From Podarcis muralis (taxonomy: Eukaryota), in contig NC_135660.1 in assembly GCF_964188315.1 (NCBI RefSeq), forward strand, positions 11,160,001 to 11,224,000: a stretch of 64,000 bases of DNA, read 5' to 3'. Below, piece after piece: positions 1-14,085 of this stretch. Each line of letters begins with the position of its first letter. Within the stretch, counting starts at the first letter, position 1. Below the pieces are notes generated by a model, which saw only the letters and a list, made by a program, of their open reading frames with translations, was not told the DNA's origin and did no database searches. The position numbers were made by a program, and so were the translations under genes.

Positions 1-4
1 TCTA

Positions 5-344
5 CAGTGGTGCCCCGCAAGACGAATGCCTCGCAAGACGGAAAACCCGCTAGACGAAAGGGTTTTCCGTTTCTGAGCTGCTTCGCAAGACGATTTTCCC
101 TATGGGCTTGCTTCGCAAGACGAAAACGTCTTGCAAGTCTTGCAAATTTTTTTTGCCCCCCCCCCTTTCAAAGCCGCTAAGCCGCTAATAGCTTTTAGTA
201 GCTTAGCCGCTAATCCTTTAATAGCCGCTAAGCCGCTAATAGCGCTAATCCGCTTAGCCGCTAATAGGGTTGCTTCGCAAGACGAAAAAACCGCTAGACG
301 AAGAGAATCGCGGAATGGATTCTTTTCCTCTTGCGAGGCACCAC

Positions 345-346
<2 letters not shown>
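5..346. mobile_element. Tc1/mariner (Tigger-like) MITE
   Basis: TA-flanked; TIRs CAGTGGTGCCCCGCAAGA ... TCTTGCGAGGCACCACT(C); internal CTTCGCAAGACGA and GCCGCTAA repeats. Confidence 0.8.

Positions 347-392
<46 letters not shown>
345..392. repeat. (TCTA)12 microsatellite
   Basis: Direct reading. Confidence 0.95.
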
Positions 393-393
<1 letters not shown>

Positions 394-785
394 GACAATC
401 ATATACAAGGCAACATAGAGAAAAAAACAATCACATTGGCTGGGAACCAGTGAGACTTTTGGCTAACAGTCTTCTCTCCACCTCAACTCAGACAATTCAT
501 ATGTCCCTATTTCCACCAGTCTAGCCTTGGCTTTCATTCTACAAACCCACTTGGCATTATTTGTATAGATATTAGTTTTCAAGAAGAGTGCATTTGTAAT
601 TTTTACCAGGGCTGCCTGGTAACAGTTATGTTACCTCTGCAGCTGCAAATCTGTATCCACAAAAATAAGAACACTCAGCATGGTGGGTGGTTTCCCCCCC
701 TTTCAAGTTCAACAACAACAAGCAGCCTACTTAATATTTATCTTGCTGAAGAAACATAGCCTCTTGTCCATTAAGTCTATACAAA

Positions 786-791
786 TTTATT
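786..791 (-). terminator. Candidate distal poly(A) signal AATAAA
   Basis: The one minus-strand AATAAA I found between 400 and 3044; GTTGTTGTTG tract downstream (~704-721). Confidence 0.4.
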
Positions 792-1065
792 TATAATGAC
801 CTAACGTCAGCAAATTATGTTCAAACTGGTATTGCACTCCAAGTAATACCTAGATTTGAAGGACAGAAGAAAAGGCAAGTGAACTCAAATATCCAAATTT
901 CTGAAACATTTTCAGATGCTGTGAGACAATAACAGTAATATGGAAGAAATGGCACCTTACATATCCCGGGCTCAAAATACCTGGCCTTATTAAAAAAGAC
1001 ATTTTGGAATACGTTGTACCAATGGTTCTGCTAGTTGTATCAGTTTTGTTGTTTTAAAGACAGAT

Positions 1066-1099
1066 ATATACAGATATATATATGTATATATATATGTAT

Positions 1100-1132
<33 letters not shown>
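1066..1132. repeat. (TA)n/(CA)n compound microsatellite in 3' UTR
   Basis: Direct reading. Confidence 0.9.
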
Positions 1133-1135
<3 letters not shown>

Positions 1136-2913
1136 ATAAAATATTGGTTGCTAGCTCTGCATGCTATGGACTATTGTCTCTTTTGCAGTACAAAGGACCA
1201 TTTAATGATCGGATTGAAAATACAGTGATTTTCTAGTATGTTAGTTACTGCAATTAAGCAGCTTCTGTTTAACAGTCCAAGAAAGAGGGCTAAGACAGAG
1301 ATGGACTCCAAAGTCCAGGATTAACAAAATGCCCAGCATATCATTTGAAGAGTATTGCCTGAGATAGTATTTGAAGGAAGACATGTGGAGCCTCATTCCA
1401 CCCTAAAATCCCAGAGCTGACATTGGCACTGGAAGCATTTGTTACAAGTTATCGTTCTGTTTATACTTCCACTGGAAGGAAAAACTTTCTGCTTATACTT
1501 CCGTTGGAAGTAAAAACAGTTACTAGTGGAAGCAAAAGCTTTTCCAATAACTGATCTTAATCTGTGTGTGCCAGCACTGGGTGAAAAAGCAGAGGGTGAA
1601 GGATACTCATCTTCTGATTATGCGGAACAAGAGTACTGAAAGCCAATCAAAGAGGTTTTGCAAGAGAATGTTGCTCCTTGGGAGCACTTAGACAAAGTCA
1701 GTGTCTTTGCATTCCCACTGATCTACCTGGTCCCATGCCAAGGATTACCATTGATCTGCCAAGTGAAATTTGAATTTCAGCAAGGGTTTGTTGCTTGACT
1801 TAAACTCACTATCAAAATTTGAGAAAGCTATAGACAATGGAGTTGGACATTCTAGTCTTTAAAGTGTGTTTACTTGGAAAAGGATCCCACAGATTTCAAC
1901 AGAAAAACGCTTCCAAGCAAACAAATTAGCCTTGTCATAGAGGGTCAACCACAGGAATAGAAGTTTGTGCTGATGCACCTAAGCAGCGTACTAAATAGTG
2001 GGGTGTACCTATGCTGCTCTACCAAGCTTCCTGTTGGAAAGTTCCTAATCCCTTCCTGCCAGAGGTGAACTTGGTGCAGGGCTTTAGAGTCACGTCTAAG
2101 AACACATGGACAACTCATGCCCCAGACCAGCACAAGGATCTTTAAATATGATCCTACAAACCACAACATCAGCCTAGCGGCTTATACAAGTAGGCTCTTA
2201 GAATGAGAAATGATCTACAGAATTAAAATGACAAAACTGGACAAATCAATGTAAGGAAGTATTATATATTAATAGCTTCTGTTATATAAATAACCTTTAT
2301 AAAAATAATCTTTAATTCTAATAACTCACCTCTTTTTAGGTTCTGAAAAACATGCATGAAAAAATGTACTGAGGTTTAGGTTAGAAAAAAAAATCAAATC
2401 TGAAAGTGTTGCACTAAACCCAATCCTCCCCACTAGCCAGACTTTTGAGGTGGTGGGAGAGGTAATCATTGAAACCCTACTAATACTGTCCAGCAGAATC
2501 TTAAGATCTACACCTAATAACTTGTTTGAAATAGTCAAATAAAAACTGAGAAAATTGCTACTCTAAAATCCACCAGTTATATCTGACATTATGAAGGCAC
2601 GATCTTTTCTAATTTACTGACTGGAGTTCATGGGAGAGGAAAACTCTTAGGAGCAATTAATATTGCTAAGCTTTCCTTCTTTTGCAAACCTACATGGGCC
2701 CAATTTACACCAGACCAACTGGAACATGTGAATGACTGGTTTTAATGCTCGGCACAGATTCCCCAATCAATCAAACAAATCTCTGAAGTATACCTTCCTG
2801 GACTTAAGGCATAACATGACTGTACATACAGGAAAAGTTGTATTTGTAATACACAGTCTGTAGTGTTCCGAAACCCTGTTTAACGTATTTAAATAGCTTT
2901 GAGGTTGTTGTTT

Positions 2914-2919
2914 TTTAAT
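2914..2919 (-). terminator. Candidate proximal poly(A) signal ATTAAA
   Basis: ATTAAA on minus strand ~125 nt after the stop, where I recall a proximal AATAAA in human. Confidence 0.45.
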
Positions 2920-3044
2920 CTTGCTGCAAGTTCAAATGCTGTTTATGGTTTGTGCAATTAAGATGCAACCAAACTTTACTGCCAACAGTGCAGTGAAACA
3001 GCCACAAAATGGGTTATCAGTTTTTCAGCACATTCATTTTTGTT

Positions 3045-3428
<384 letters not shown>

Positions 3429-4182
3429 TTACAGTTGAAAAGGCCATGATGCCATCAACAGAAAAGGCCAGGAGGCTATCAACATTTCTTTATCATGTGG
3501 CATTAAAGAAAACTATTTTCCCATTGAGGAAAAAATAATTTGTGCAATGCTTTTCATCATAAAACCATACCGCTCACTGCATTTAGCTTTCTCAAAAAAA
3601 GATGTTCTGGAAATATAGGAATTTTTAAAGTAGAGTACCTGTAAATGAAGGACACAAAGCCTTTTAAACTACTAAATTCAGAATCTAATAATTTGTGCAC
3701 ATGGGTCATGCATTTCCTGTCTGCTTGGCCCCAGTTATTACAGGTTACAGGCTACACGTTCTGAGATATACATGAGGAGGAACATGCCAATTTCCCATTC
3801 TAGGAGTATTGTTTATTAAATTTGTATACCACCCTGCATCCGTAGATCTCAGGGTGGTTCACAACATAAAAACACATGATAAAAACTAAAAATACCTAAT
3901 AAAAATAAGAGCTACCTCCACTACACAAACCAATAACCCGACACCCATGGCTTGTGGTTTATTCCATGGTGTTTAGGGAAAACCTCTTTGGAGAAAATGT
4001 GTTTGGAGTGTGTGTGCTGCTTTCAAAACCTCTTTAGATGTGGACCATGTTTTCTGGGAGCTCCCTGTTTAGTTATTACATTTATATACTACCTTTTTTC
4101 TTCCAGGGGGCTCAAGTTGGTGTACATGGGTTCTCTTCCTCCCCATTTTATCCTCACAACAACCCTGTGAGGTAGGTTAGGC

Positions 4183-4319
4183 CAGGCTTCCTTAACCTCG
4201 GCCCTCCAGATGTTTTGAGACTGCAATTCCCATCATCCCTGACCACTGGTCCTGCTAGCTAGGGATCATGGGAGTTGTAGGCCAAAAAACATCTGGAGGG
4301 CCGAGGCTGAGGAAGCCTG
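4183..4319. mobile_element. hAT-type hairpin MITE inserted in an older tRNA-derived SINE
   Basis: TIR CAGGCTTCCT...AGGAAGCCTG; perfect 8-bp TSD GGTTAGGC (4175-4182, 4320-4327). Confidence 0.9.
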
Positions 4320-4795
4320 GGTTAGGCTAAGAGATGTTGACTGATCCAAGGTCACCCAGTGGTCTCCCAGGTCCTAGTTCAACACTGTAACCACTACAGA
4401 ACACTGTAAAAACAAGTGTGTACCTTCTCAGTCACTCCAGGATTACATGGTCTTTGCTTTATTACACCCGTTGTATTTCAAAACCCTTACAATTATTATT
4501 TTTATAAAATAACGTATGAATGAAAGTTGTGAGCCACATTGTGCACATAAAATTAAGGTAGCAGTGACAAAGTTCTGTATTCTGTGAACTGCCCTGATAT
4601 TCTGTGAATCAGCCTTAGACCTGCAGGTACTGAGCGGTATATAAATTCAATAAAAAATAAAAGTTAGTTCATTCAAAATATCACACACCCCCAGCAGAAA
4701 CATAACCCTTTCCTTCAGTATTTCAAGATAATATCTGATTAATTATATAGTAAGATTTGTTTATAACAATTAAACTTCAATTAAACCTTCAACTA

Positions 4796-4963
<168 letters not shown>

Positions 4964-4993
4964 TTAAAAAAATGCATTTTTAGGTTATTAGTA

Positions 4994-5474
4994 ATCACCT
5001 TGCCAACAAAGGTCCGTATAGTTAAAGCCATGGTCTTCCCAGTAGTGATGTATGGAAGTGAGAGCTGGACCATCAAGAAGGCTGATCGCCGAAGAATTGA
5101 TGCTTTTGAATTATGGTGCTGGAGAAGACTCTTGAGAGTCCCATGGACGGCAAGAAGATCAAATGCATCCATTCTTAAGGAAATCAGACCTGAGTGCTCA
5201 CTGGAAGGACAGATTGTGAAGCTGAGGCTCCAGTACTTTGGCCACCTCATGAGAAGAGAAGACTCCCTGGAGAAGACACTGATGCTGGGAAAGATGGAGG
5301 GCACAAGGAGAAGGGGGCGACAGAGGACAAGATGGTTGGATAGTGTTTTCGAGGTTACCAGCATGAGTTTGACCAAACTGCGGGAGGTAGTGGAGGACAG
5401 AGGTGCCTGGCGTGCTCTGGTCCATGGGGTCACGAAGAGTCGGACACGACTAAACGACTAAACAACAACAACAA
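4994..5474 (+). mobile_element. Bov-B (RTE) LINE, 5'-truncated 3' fragment
   Basis: Uninterrupted RT C-terminal frame ITLPTKVRIVKAMVFPVVMYGSESWT...VTKSRTRLND*; (AAC)n tail. Confidence 0.93.
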
Positions 5475-5796
5475 TCTGGGAAAGCCAAGAGAATAGAATA
5501 TTCCCACCTGCATATTGATCTGATATTTCATTCCAAGAGTCAATATGCAAAACAGCCCTGCACCAGCAGCTTTCATACTGTTCCAAAGAAACCTGGGATT
5601 TCTCAGAAGTGCAATGAACAGTTCAGTATAGGGAACAGACTTTCCAAAGGCACCACCATAAAACTGCTACTGAAATTCACAGCTGCACAGGGGTACTGGG
5701 TGTGTTTTAGGCCAATGTTTATGGTGAATATGTACCTTAGCCTAATGCCTCTGCAACCTACAGAACTGTTAGGGCAGATGCTTAAAAGGTTCATCA

Positions 5797-6069
<273 letters not shown>

Positions 6070-6289
6070 TTAGGACTTGTAAAAGAAAACGATTCAGACA
6101 CGCAACGTAGATGAGTATTCCCGGAAACCACCTCTTTGGATGGGGGAGAATTCAACATGTATTTTTATTTAAAACATTTTATGTCACTTTTCAAAATAGT
6201 TTTACAACTAAAAATCAACAATATACCTTATCTAAATCCGAAACCAAATCTATGCCACAAATAAAACTATGGATTCTATAAAATTAACT

Positions 6290-6620
6290 ATCAAAAGGCA
6301 GAAAAGAAACAAATGAAAAGTTTTGACTTGTCTTTCGAAGAAAACTAAAGATGGAGCCATGTGAATCTCTTGAGGGTTGGCGTTCCAAAGATCTGGGGCT
6401 ATGACAGAAGAGGCTCTTTTTCTTTTTTAGTCCAATCTAGACTCAACAGATGATCAAATCTTTAGCATGATCTCAGTGGTAGATCTTAATTGTTGATAGG
6501 GCTCATACAGGAGGAGGCATTCCCTCAGATAATCAAGATCTGGCCAGGCTGGTTAAGACTTTGAATGTTAAAATCAGCACCTTGAATTTGGCCCAGAAAC
6601 AGATCAGCACTCAAGTGCAG
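6290..6620 (-). mobile_element. Degraded L2 LINE fragment
   Basis: GAGGGTTGGCGTTCCA..AGAAGAGGCTCT and AAAATCAGCACCTTGAATTTGGCCCAGAAAC motifs typical of antisense L2 3' regions. Confidence 0.55.
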
Positions 6621-7739
6621 TTTGTTTTACAATAGGTTACAAAATGAGAAAATCCATTCAAATCCATCAGCAATTGTTTTGCACCAGGTAACATTTCCAC
6701 CAGTGATGCTTTCCAGGCATGGCTTTGGGAAGAAATCTAGGGCCCCGCTCAGCAGAATGAGCAGGAGAGCCACCGAACACAGCAGGGCTGGCTTACCTAA
6801 TCTTGAAGTAAGTGAAGTAATACACATCACTCCATAGAGGGTCCACTATAAGACCATTAAGATGAGGGACCATGATTTCCTAAATGCACCACCAGTTTCC
6901 ACCTTTTCTATAGGTGATGTGTTATCGTTAACAGGCAAATATGCTTCCTTCATGGGAACTGAGGCTAAAAGATACTTGCCTAAATAAGGAATGATACATT
7001 TTGATGTTTGGTGCGTAACGGCTATCACACACATTCTACCTACGGTACTTCTGATTGGTGGCTGATGTAGTTTTGTAGCTGGAGGGCAAGAAGAAGGGAT
7101 GGGGCTCCAACAGCATCATTTTGGATTGGTATTTTGGTGCTACTTTAAAGATTATTTTATGTCTGCTTCCCCAGGCCACTAGAGGTCCTGAGCACCTGCT
7201 TCTCACAATGCAAGCGTAGCAGCTGCGCTTAGAACTTCCTATCACTTGGGGAAGTGAAAAACCATGGGAAAATACAGTGGCCGGATTCTGCCATCAGAAA
7301 ACTGGAGAAGACCAGTTAGGAATGCAGCTTCATTAATGTCTGCAGTTATAAGGTGGTGTGAACTAACCACTGAATCGTCCTAAAAACCATAACTAAACAT
7401 TGCAGCCACAAACCAGAAAACCATGTGAGCCGCTCATCCATTGGGGATTTCACTTATTCAAGCAACGTGAATGTCCTCCTGCATCACACAGCAAATTGTT
7501 TCAGAGACCTGGCAGACATAAAAGCAGCCTGTGATATAGTATAGGAGCTTGCTGTCTCAAGAAAACATTAACATGCCCTGCGAGAAATGAACAAGGTCTT
7601 GCCTGAATCCAATCTCTGGATGTGTCCATACTTCAGTTACAAAATACTGTGGCTTAAAACAGAAGGGGACCAAAATATTCTTAGGCTTCCATCAAAGAAA
7701 GAATAAAAGAAGGGGGGGGGGAATTAAAAGTCAACTCAC

Positions 7740-7910
7740 ATTTCCCCTTTGTTCTTGTCTTTGAGCCACTGATGTAACGTATGGCTGTTGAATTGCAGTG
7801 CTCCTTTAAGGCCACCTTTGCACTGGATCTGCATGATTGTGTGTGAATTTCTCACAACCTCAATGAGCCCCACACAGTCGCCAATAGATAAACAACCATA
7901 AGGCAGCATC
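7740..7910 (-). CDS. PIK3CA: PIK3CA coding exon 17 (kinase domain)
   Basis: [56 protein letters not shown]; 171 nt. Confidence 0.99.
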
Positions 7911-8524
7911 CTAGAAGAGCAATGTGAGTTTTTTTTTTAAAAAAAGACATCGTAATGGCCACCAAACAAAACACATAGGCACTGAAATCTCTATGTAATA
8001 ATCAAACATTTAAGTCATTTGGATAGACGACCAGCAGGGCCATGGTTTATAGAACTACTACACAATTAATTCCAGCCCCCCAGGGCAACATTGGACTTGC
8101 ATTTCTAGAACAGCAGCTCAAGGCTACATGAGAAGTCGTTTTTTAAATAGAAAGGAGTTTAGAAAGCAGTTTGTGGTGTGGAATGGGCCTGCTCTCTCAT
8201 GCAAAATATCCCACTGTGTATGTACAAAGTCGCTTTTTGGATCCTAGCCCAGGAAAATGGTGGACACATGCAAGAACGTTAAATCATGATGATACTTGAT
8301 TTTGCAGCCATTTACATATTCACTGCATACTGATGACAACGTTAAGCAGTAATCTGGCTGATTAGATACAGAAGAAAATTTAAAACATTTGTAGAATGGT
8401 AGTTATTGATTACAATAAATAAACTAAAATTTTCTGCAAACTCCTGAACCAAATATGTTCTTCTTCAGGCAGAATGATAAACAAAACACAGACTGCAACA
8501 TTAGCAAAATTTATGAATACTTGC

Positions 8525-8603
8525 CTAAGATCAAGCCCTTGGTTTTGCCAGATGTTTTCCATGATTCTTATGATTTGAAGTGTCAACATATCCTGACGTA
8601 GAT
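8525..8603 (-). CDS. PIK3CA: PIK3CA coding exon 16 (kinase domain), ends in a GC donor
   Basis: [26 protein letters not shown]; 79 nt; frame requires AG|GCAAGT donor. Confidence 0.97.
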
Positions 8604-9635
8604 CTGAAAACATGCAAGTGAATGCAGGTTTTGGGAACTTTTGGAAGGCATAAAACAGCTTCAGCAACTTTGTTTTTAATGAGTTAAATCAAAGTTTTGC
8701 ATGATAAGCTTACTCTGTTCTGTTATCAATGACTTTTATTGATTGAAAAAAAATGACTGTGTTAAAAAAATCAAAACACAACCTGTGACAAAAATGTGAA
8801 ATCAAACTAATTCTAGAGATTGGGGGAAAGTTATTATAGTCCACTACTTCAAGTCTATGGAGGTGAATATCTTCTTGTTCCAACAGGCTTTTGGGAATTA
8901 AAGGGCTGCTGTGCTGCTGTTTTTACTGTAATTACTTGTATATTGTAATTATTGGTATGTTTAAAACAGATTTTATATATATCTATAGTTTAAGTTTTAT
9001 CAATATTGAATTGTATTTTAATGATTAATTTTTCTATGCTTTTAGTGGTTCTTTTATCCGTAAGCTGCTTTAAGTCCCATCATGAAAAAAGGCAGGGTAT
9101 AAAGGTATAGGGTAGTATACAAATTTAATAAATAAATAATAATAAAACAACTTTATATTGGACTACAGCAGAAAAGCTTACCAAGTGCTCTGGTCCCCCA
9201 CTTCCAGCCACAACCTACATAGGAAAGCTCTTTGGACAGGAACAGAGCGCACCTCAAACAGCCATGTTGGTTCCCTCAGCTAGCAAACAGAGCAAGCGGC
9301 TCCTGCTAATCTGTGTGCATGTGCCCTCCCATGCTAAAAGAGAACAACTGCCTATGTGCAAATGCCACAGCACTCTGCTCTGTCTCCCCTGGTGCAAAAT
9401 TACCATACAACAAGATAGTGATAGCTGGGCGCTATCTGGTTTTCAGCATCGTGATGTATCACCAGCTAAACATCACGATATATTTCTATGGTAGACATAG
9501 TGATGGCATTTGCATTATTGCTCACTAATACTGTGTAGTGGAAGGGGTTTCTGTGTGTTTTTGGCAAAAATGAATACAGTGGATGTTAATATAAAATTCA
9601 CAAGGATTAGGAAGAAATCTTTTACTTTGATGTTA

Positions 9636-9878
<243 letters not shown>

Positions 9879-10681
9879 TTAAACGAGTGCACCTTCAAAC
9901 TGACATAAATGATTATATTTGTACAGACCTATTATTATTATTATTAATACTACTACTACTATTAATTCACCTGCAGATCTCAGGGCAGTTCATAACATAA
10001 AAATACAATAGAAAAGCAGAAAATACATGATAAAAACAAGAACAAAAAACAAAACCAAACAATAACCCCTACTCCCCTACCCCCACTTTTAGCTCAGGTG
10101 TGGGGAACATTTTTGGCTCCCTGAGGCTGATCCTGATAAGCCTCATTGCAGACCAAATAGGATGGATGGTCAGCAAAACGCACCTGTCAATCACATGACA
10201 TCATTAGGACATAACAGGATTGAGAGACAAGTTGTTCTATCCACCAGAATGGAAAGTGTCCCCATTCTGTGAGCAAGGTGCACTCCTACCACCCACCAGC
10301 TGATGGGCAGTTGGGACTTTAAGGTCCTGATTGTTCCTTTGAAGCTCACTACACACCTGAAGTCATGTATGGTGTCAGGTGTAGAGCTGGGGGGTGGGCA
10401 TGGCTTCCACAAAATGTGCATTTCATGGGCCAAATGGAGGGGACTGTTGGCCAGGTCTGGCATCTGGGTTGGTGGTTCCCCACTACTGTCTTAAACCAAA
10501 ATGCAGCATTACTTTTCACATCTAAAGGGCAATCTCCAAGCATGATGCAGTTACAAATAAAAAGATGGATCTATGTGACCTAGTTTTAACTAGAGGACAG
10601 GATTTTAGAAAAAAGGTGACTGAGGAGGCTCTTCATGCAATTGTCCATTTTAAATGTTCCAGATACATTCATGCCTATTTA

Positions 10682-10843
<162 letters not shown>

Positions 10844-10984
10844 TCATCAGTCAAATACGAATGAAGGCAGTGTTTGTGACCAATTTCAATTTTTAGCATG
10901 AAGAGTCATGTTTTCTTAAAAAGCTTTTAAATGAAATATTTCAACTCTAAGTGCTGAAGAACGCATCCAGTGCTAAATTTATCA

Positions 10985-11179
<195 letters not shown>

Positions 11180-11325
11180 TTATGGTTAATTTTTAATAAA
11201 GCATTTGCTAAGAAAAAAACTATGTATTCAGGATCACTCACCAGTTAAAAGAGTATCCACTAAGCAAGGATGGGAAAGAACCATGCCCCAAACTTTAAGA
11301 GAGTCAATCAACTCTATATTTAGAT

Positions 11326-11510
11326 TAGGGGTTGTCAACCTGGTCCCTACCGCCCACTGGTGGGCATTCCAGGATTCTAGGTGGGCAGTAGGAGATTCTA
11401 CAGCACAAGTTAAATCCTCCTTCCATCGAGCACTGGTGGGCAGTAAGGAAATTTTCCCATCAAGAAAGATGCATTAGTGGGCGGTAGGTATAAAAAGGTT
11501 GACTACCCCG
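11326..11510. mobile_element. hAT MITE
   Basis: TIR TAGGGGTTGTCAACC...GGTTGACTACCCC; perfect TSD ATTTAGAT (11318-11325, 11511-11518). Confidence 0.9.
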
Positions 11511-11889
11511 ATTTAGATAGTAAACACACACACACACCATTTACTCAAGATTCCATTCTTCATCTCAGCATGAAAATCAATATATGGTTTTCTAAAGCTT
11601 TTTATTTTTATTATCCTGATGCTATATTGTTGCTGATTTAAACAGAAATCAACATTCTGAACCAAATCTCTTGCATTCATCACTGAGGCATTGGAAGGAC
11701 CCAAAGCCCAAGAAACAGTTGCAGTATCTTTCTGAACATCAGGCCAAATTTTTTAATTTTTAAAAAAATAATAGTAATAATGGTGCTTTCAAGTGCTTTA
11801 TACATAAAAAAAATAAAAGCACAGGATGGTCAAGATCAAAATTTCATCTCTTTATATAGGAATCCATTTAAAGTGGAAATCCAAACTTA

Positions 11890-11994
<105 letters not shown>

Positions 11995-13057
11995 CTAGGC
12001 ACAAGAGGATTGAAGTGTAATTGGCATTTAGCTATATTCTGTGGAAGACAAGGTTTTGCCACTCTGCATGATATATCACAATCCCATAGTCGCCTTTGAC
12101 TGGACTTAACCGTCCGCGGTCCTTTACCTTTTACCTATAGCCCAAGCTTGTGGATTATAACTTACCTACTCACTTTGGGTGAATATAAATTGCCCTCCCT
12201 CTTTAGTGACCAGGGCTGATCCAGAGCCTCTAAATTACAGCTTGCCTTCAGCACTATCTAGCCCTTTATAAAGAAATCTGAGGAAGTTCTCAATCTGGAT
12301 ATGTGAATGAGCCCAAAGTACTGCTGTGCCTCAAGCTGCCTGCTTTATTTTACAAACAGTGCAGTTGCCCTTGTATTATATTTTGTGTCTAATTCTGTTG
12401 TCCCCTGCAGTTTTCTGAGATAGCTTATAATAATAATAATAATATAATAATAATAAGCTTGATTATACCTACAATATAAACCATGTTGTAGGTTTACATT
12501 TGCATTTATTTGCTGCTACATGCCCTAAGGCAGAGTCATTTGGAATGGGGAGGAGGGGAAGAGAAATAATTTATTCTTTAAAGATCCCCCCAAAAGTTGA
12601 AAGGCTAAATATTTTTCTCCCTTTCAGTTCTCTCTTCTTTCCTTTATCTTCTTGGCCAAGAACCACCATTTTATACCACTGCTTGTAAGGGTATTGCAAT
12701 GAAAAGATATAAATATTGTTTCTTGAAATCCATAGATATAGCTAACCATAGGCTGGTAACTTGGTGGAATTATTTACAATGCTGCACGAGCCTTTGCTCA
12801 TTTCTGTCTCGTAATATTACTCTTTTGGGGAGGGGGTGCTATCAACCTCTGAAGTGCTACAGCAATATATTATCCAGCTATCAGCAGTGGTCAGCAGAAC
12901 GATCTTTAATACGCAGCCAAGCACTGTGCTAACGTTGGTAAGCTTTAACCTTTCAGAGATATTCTGATTCTCATCATCCAGAAAAGTTATATAAAGTCTT
13001 AGCATAAATTTCAGGCACAGTGGCATACATTAAGAGGCAGTTGACTAAAATAGATTA

Positions 13058-13237
<180 letters not shown>

Positions 13238-13725
13238 TCAGAACAATGAATTTGTATCAGTCATGAGAACACAAGAATGGTCTTGCTGGATTAGATGAAA
13301 TTCCAACTAACCCAATATTCTACTTCCAACAGCAGAAAAGGCAAACAAACATCTCTAGACGTGCATAAACAGGATATGAAGATGACGGGCTCATCCTTTT
13401 AGCTTTCAGCAACTGGTGTTCAGAGGTATACTGCCATGAAAGCTCCAACTGCCATGGCTTGGGGTAACAAATTTCAAATATTAATTATGGGCCGTAATTA
13501 TATCAGGAGGAAATTGTGCTAATACTACTGAAGAGAGCTTGTGGGATCCTGTTACAACAAAAATGTTTTATTAACTAAGAGGTAAGAGAACAAAACTAAA
13601 GCCATATCCCACCCCCCATTTTCTTCCCATCAACATGGAAGCTATTATAATGAAAGTCTTTGACCGAGGCTACTGCTAACAACTGTAGCCAGTTTAAAAG
13701 AGGGTATAAGTAACGGAGATACTAC

Positions 13726-13807
13726 CTGGGCTACTTCATCTCTAGAGTTCCATTTGACAGACAAAAGCAATTTAGGTAGGATTTCTGGCGTATTTACACA
13801 GTAATGC
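13726..13807 (-). CDS. PIK3CA: PIK3CA coding exon 10
   Basis: [27 protein letters not shown]; 82 nt. Confidence 0.99.
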
Positions 13808-14085
13808 CTGCAAAAAAACCAACAAGAGAAGGGATTTTGAAATAAAAATTTAAAGTATTGTTGTCATTACAACATGGAACTATTTAGTATGCTGGTTATA
13901 GATTAAAAAAATAATAATCTTCAGGAGGCTTCACAAAAAGCCAAAGTTTTGTGGGTTAAGCTTAGGGGCAGATGACAAGCCCCGTTCCCTTCCCCAGTTT
14001 CTTTCCTTTCCCACTTAAAATGCAATCCAGGGAGCGTGATTGCCCACCTACTTTTCATAGTCCTACTTATGACCCAATGTCATAC

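Larger units (their letters stand above)
770..3044 (-). other. PIK3CA: PIK3CA 3' UTR (distal end uncertain)
   Basis: Follows stop codon; proximal part has blocks CACTGCACTGTT, AATTGCACAA..CAT.AACAGCATT and ACAGGGTTT that I recall from the human 3' UTR; AT-rich. Confidence 0.6.

Noticed and set aside
1-3044. Exons of a convergent neighbour such as KCNMB3
   Set aside because: No ORF or peptide resembling it was seen; the region reads as PIK3CA 3' UTR plus repeats.
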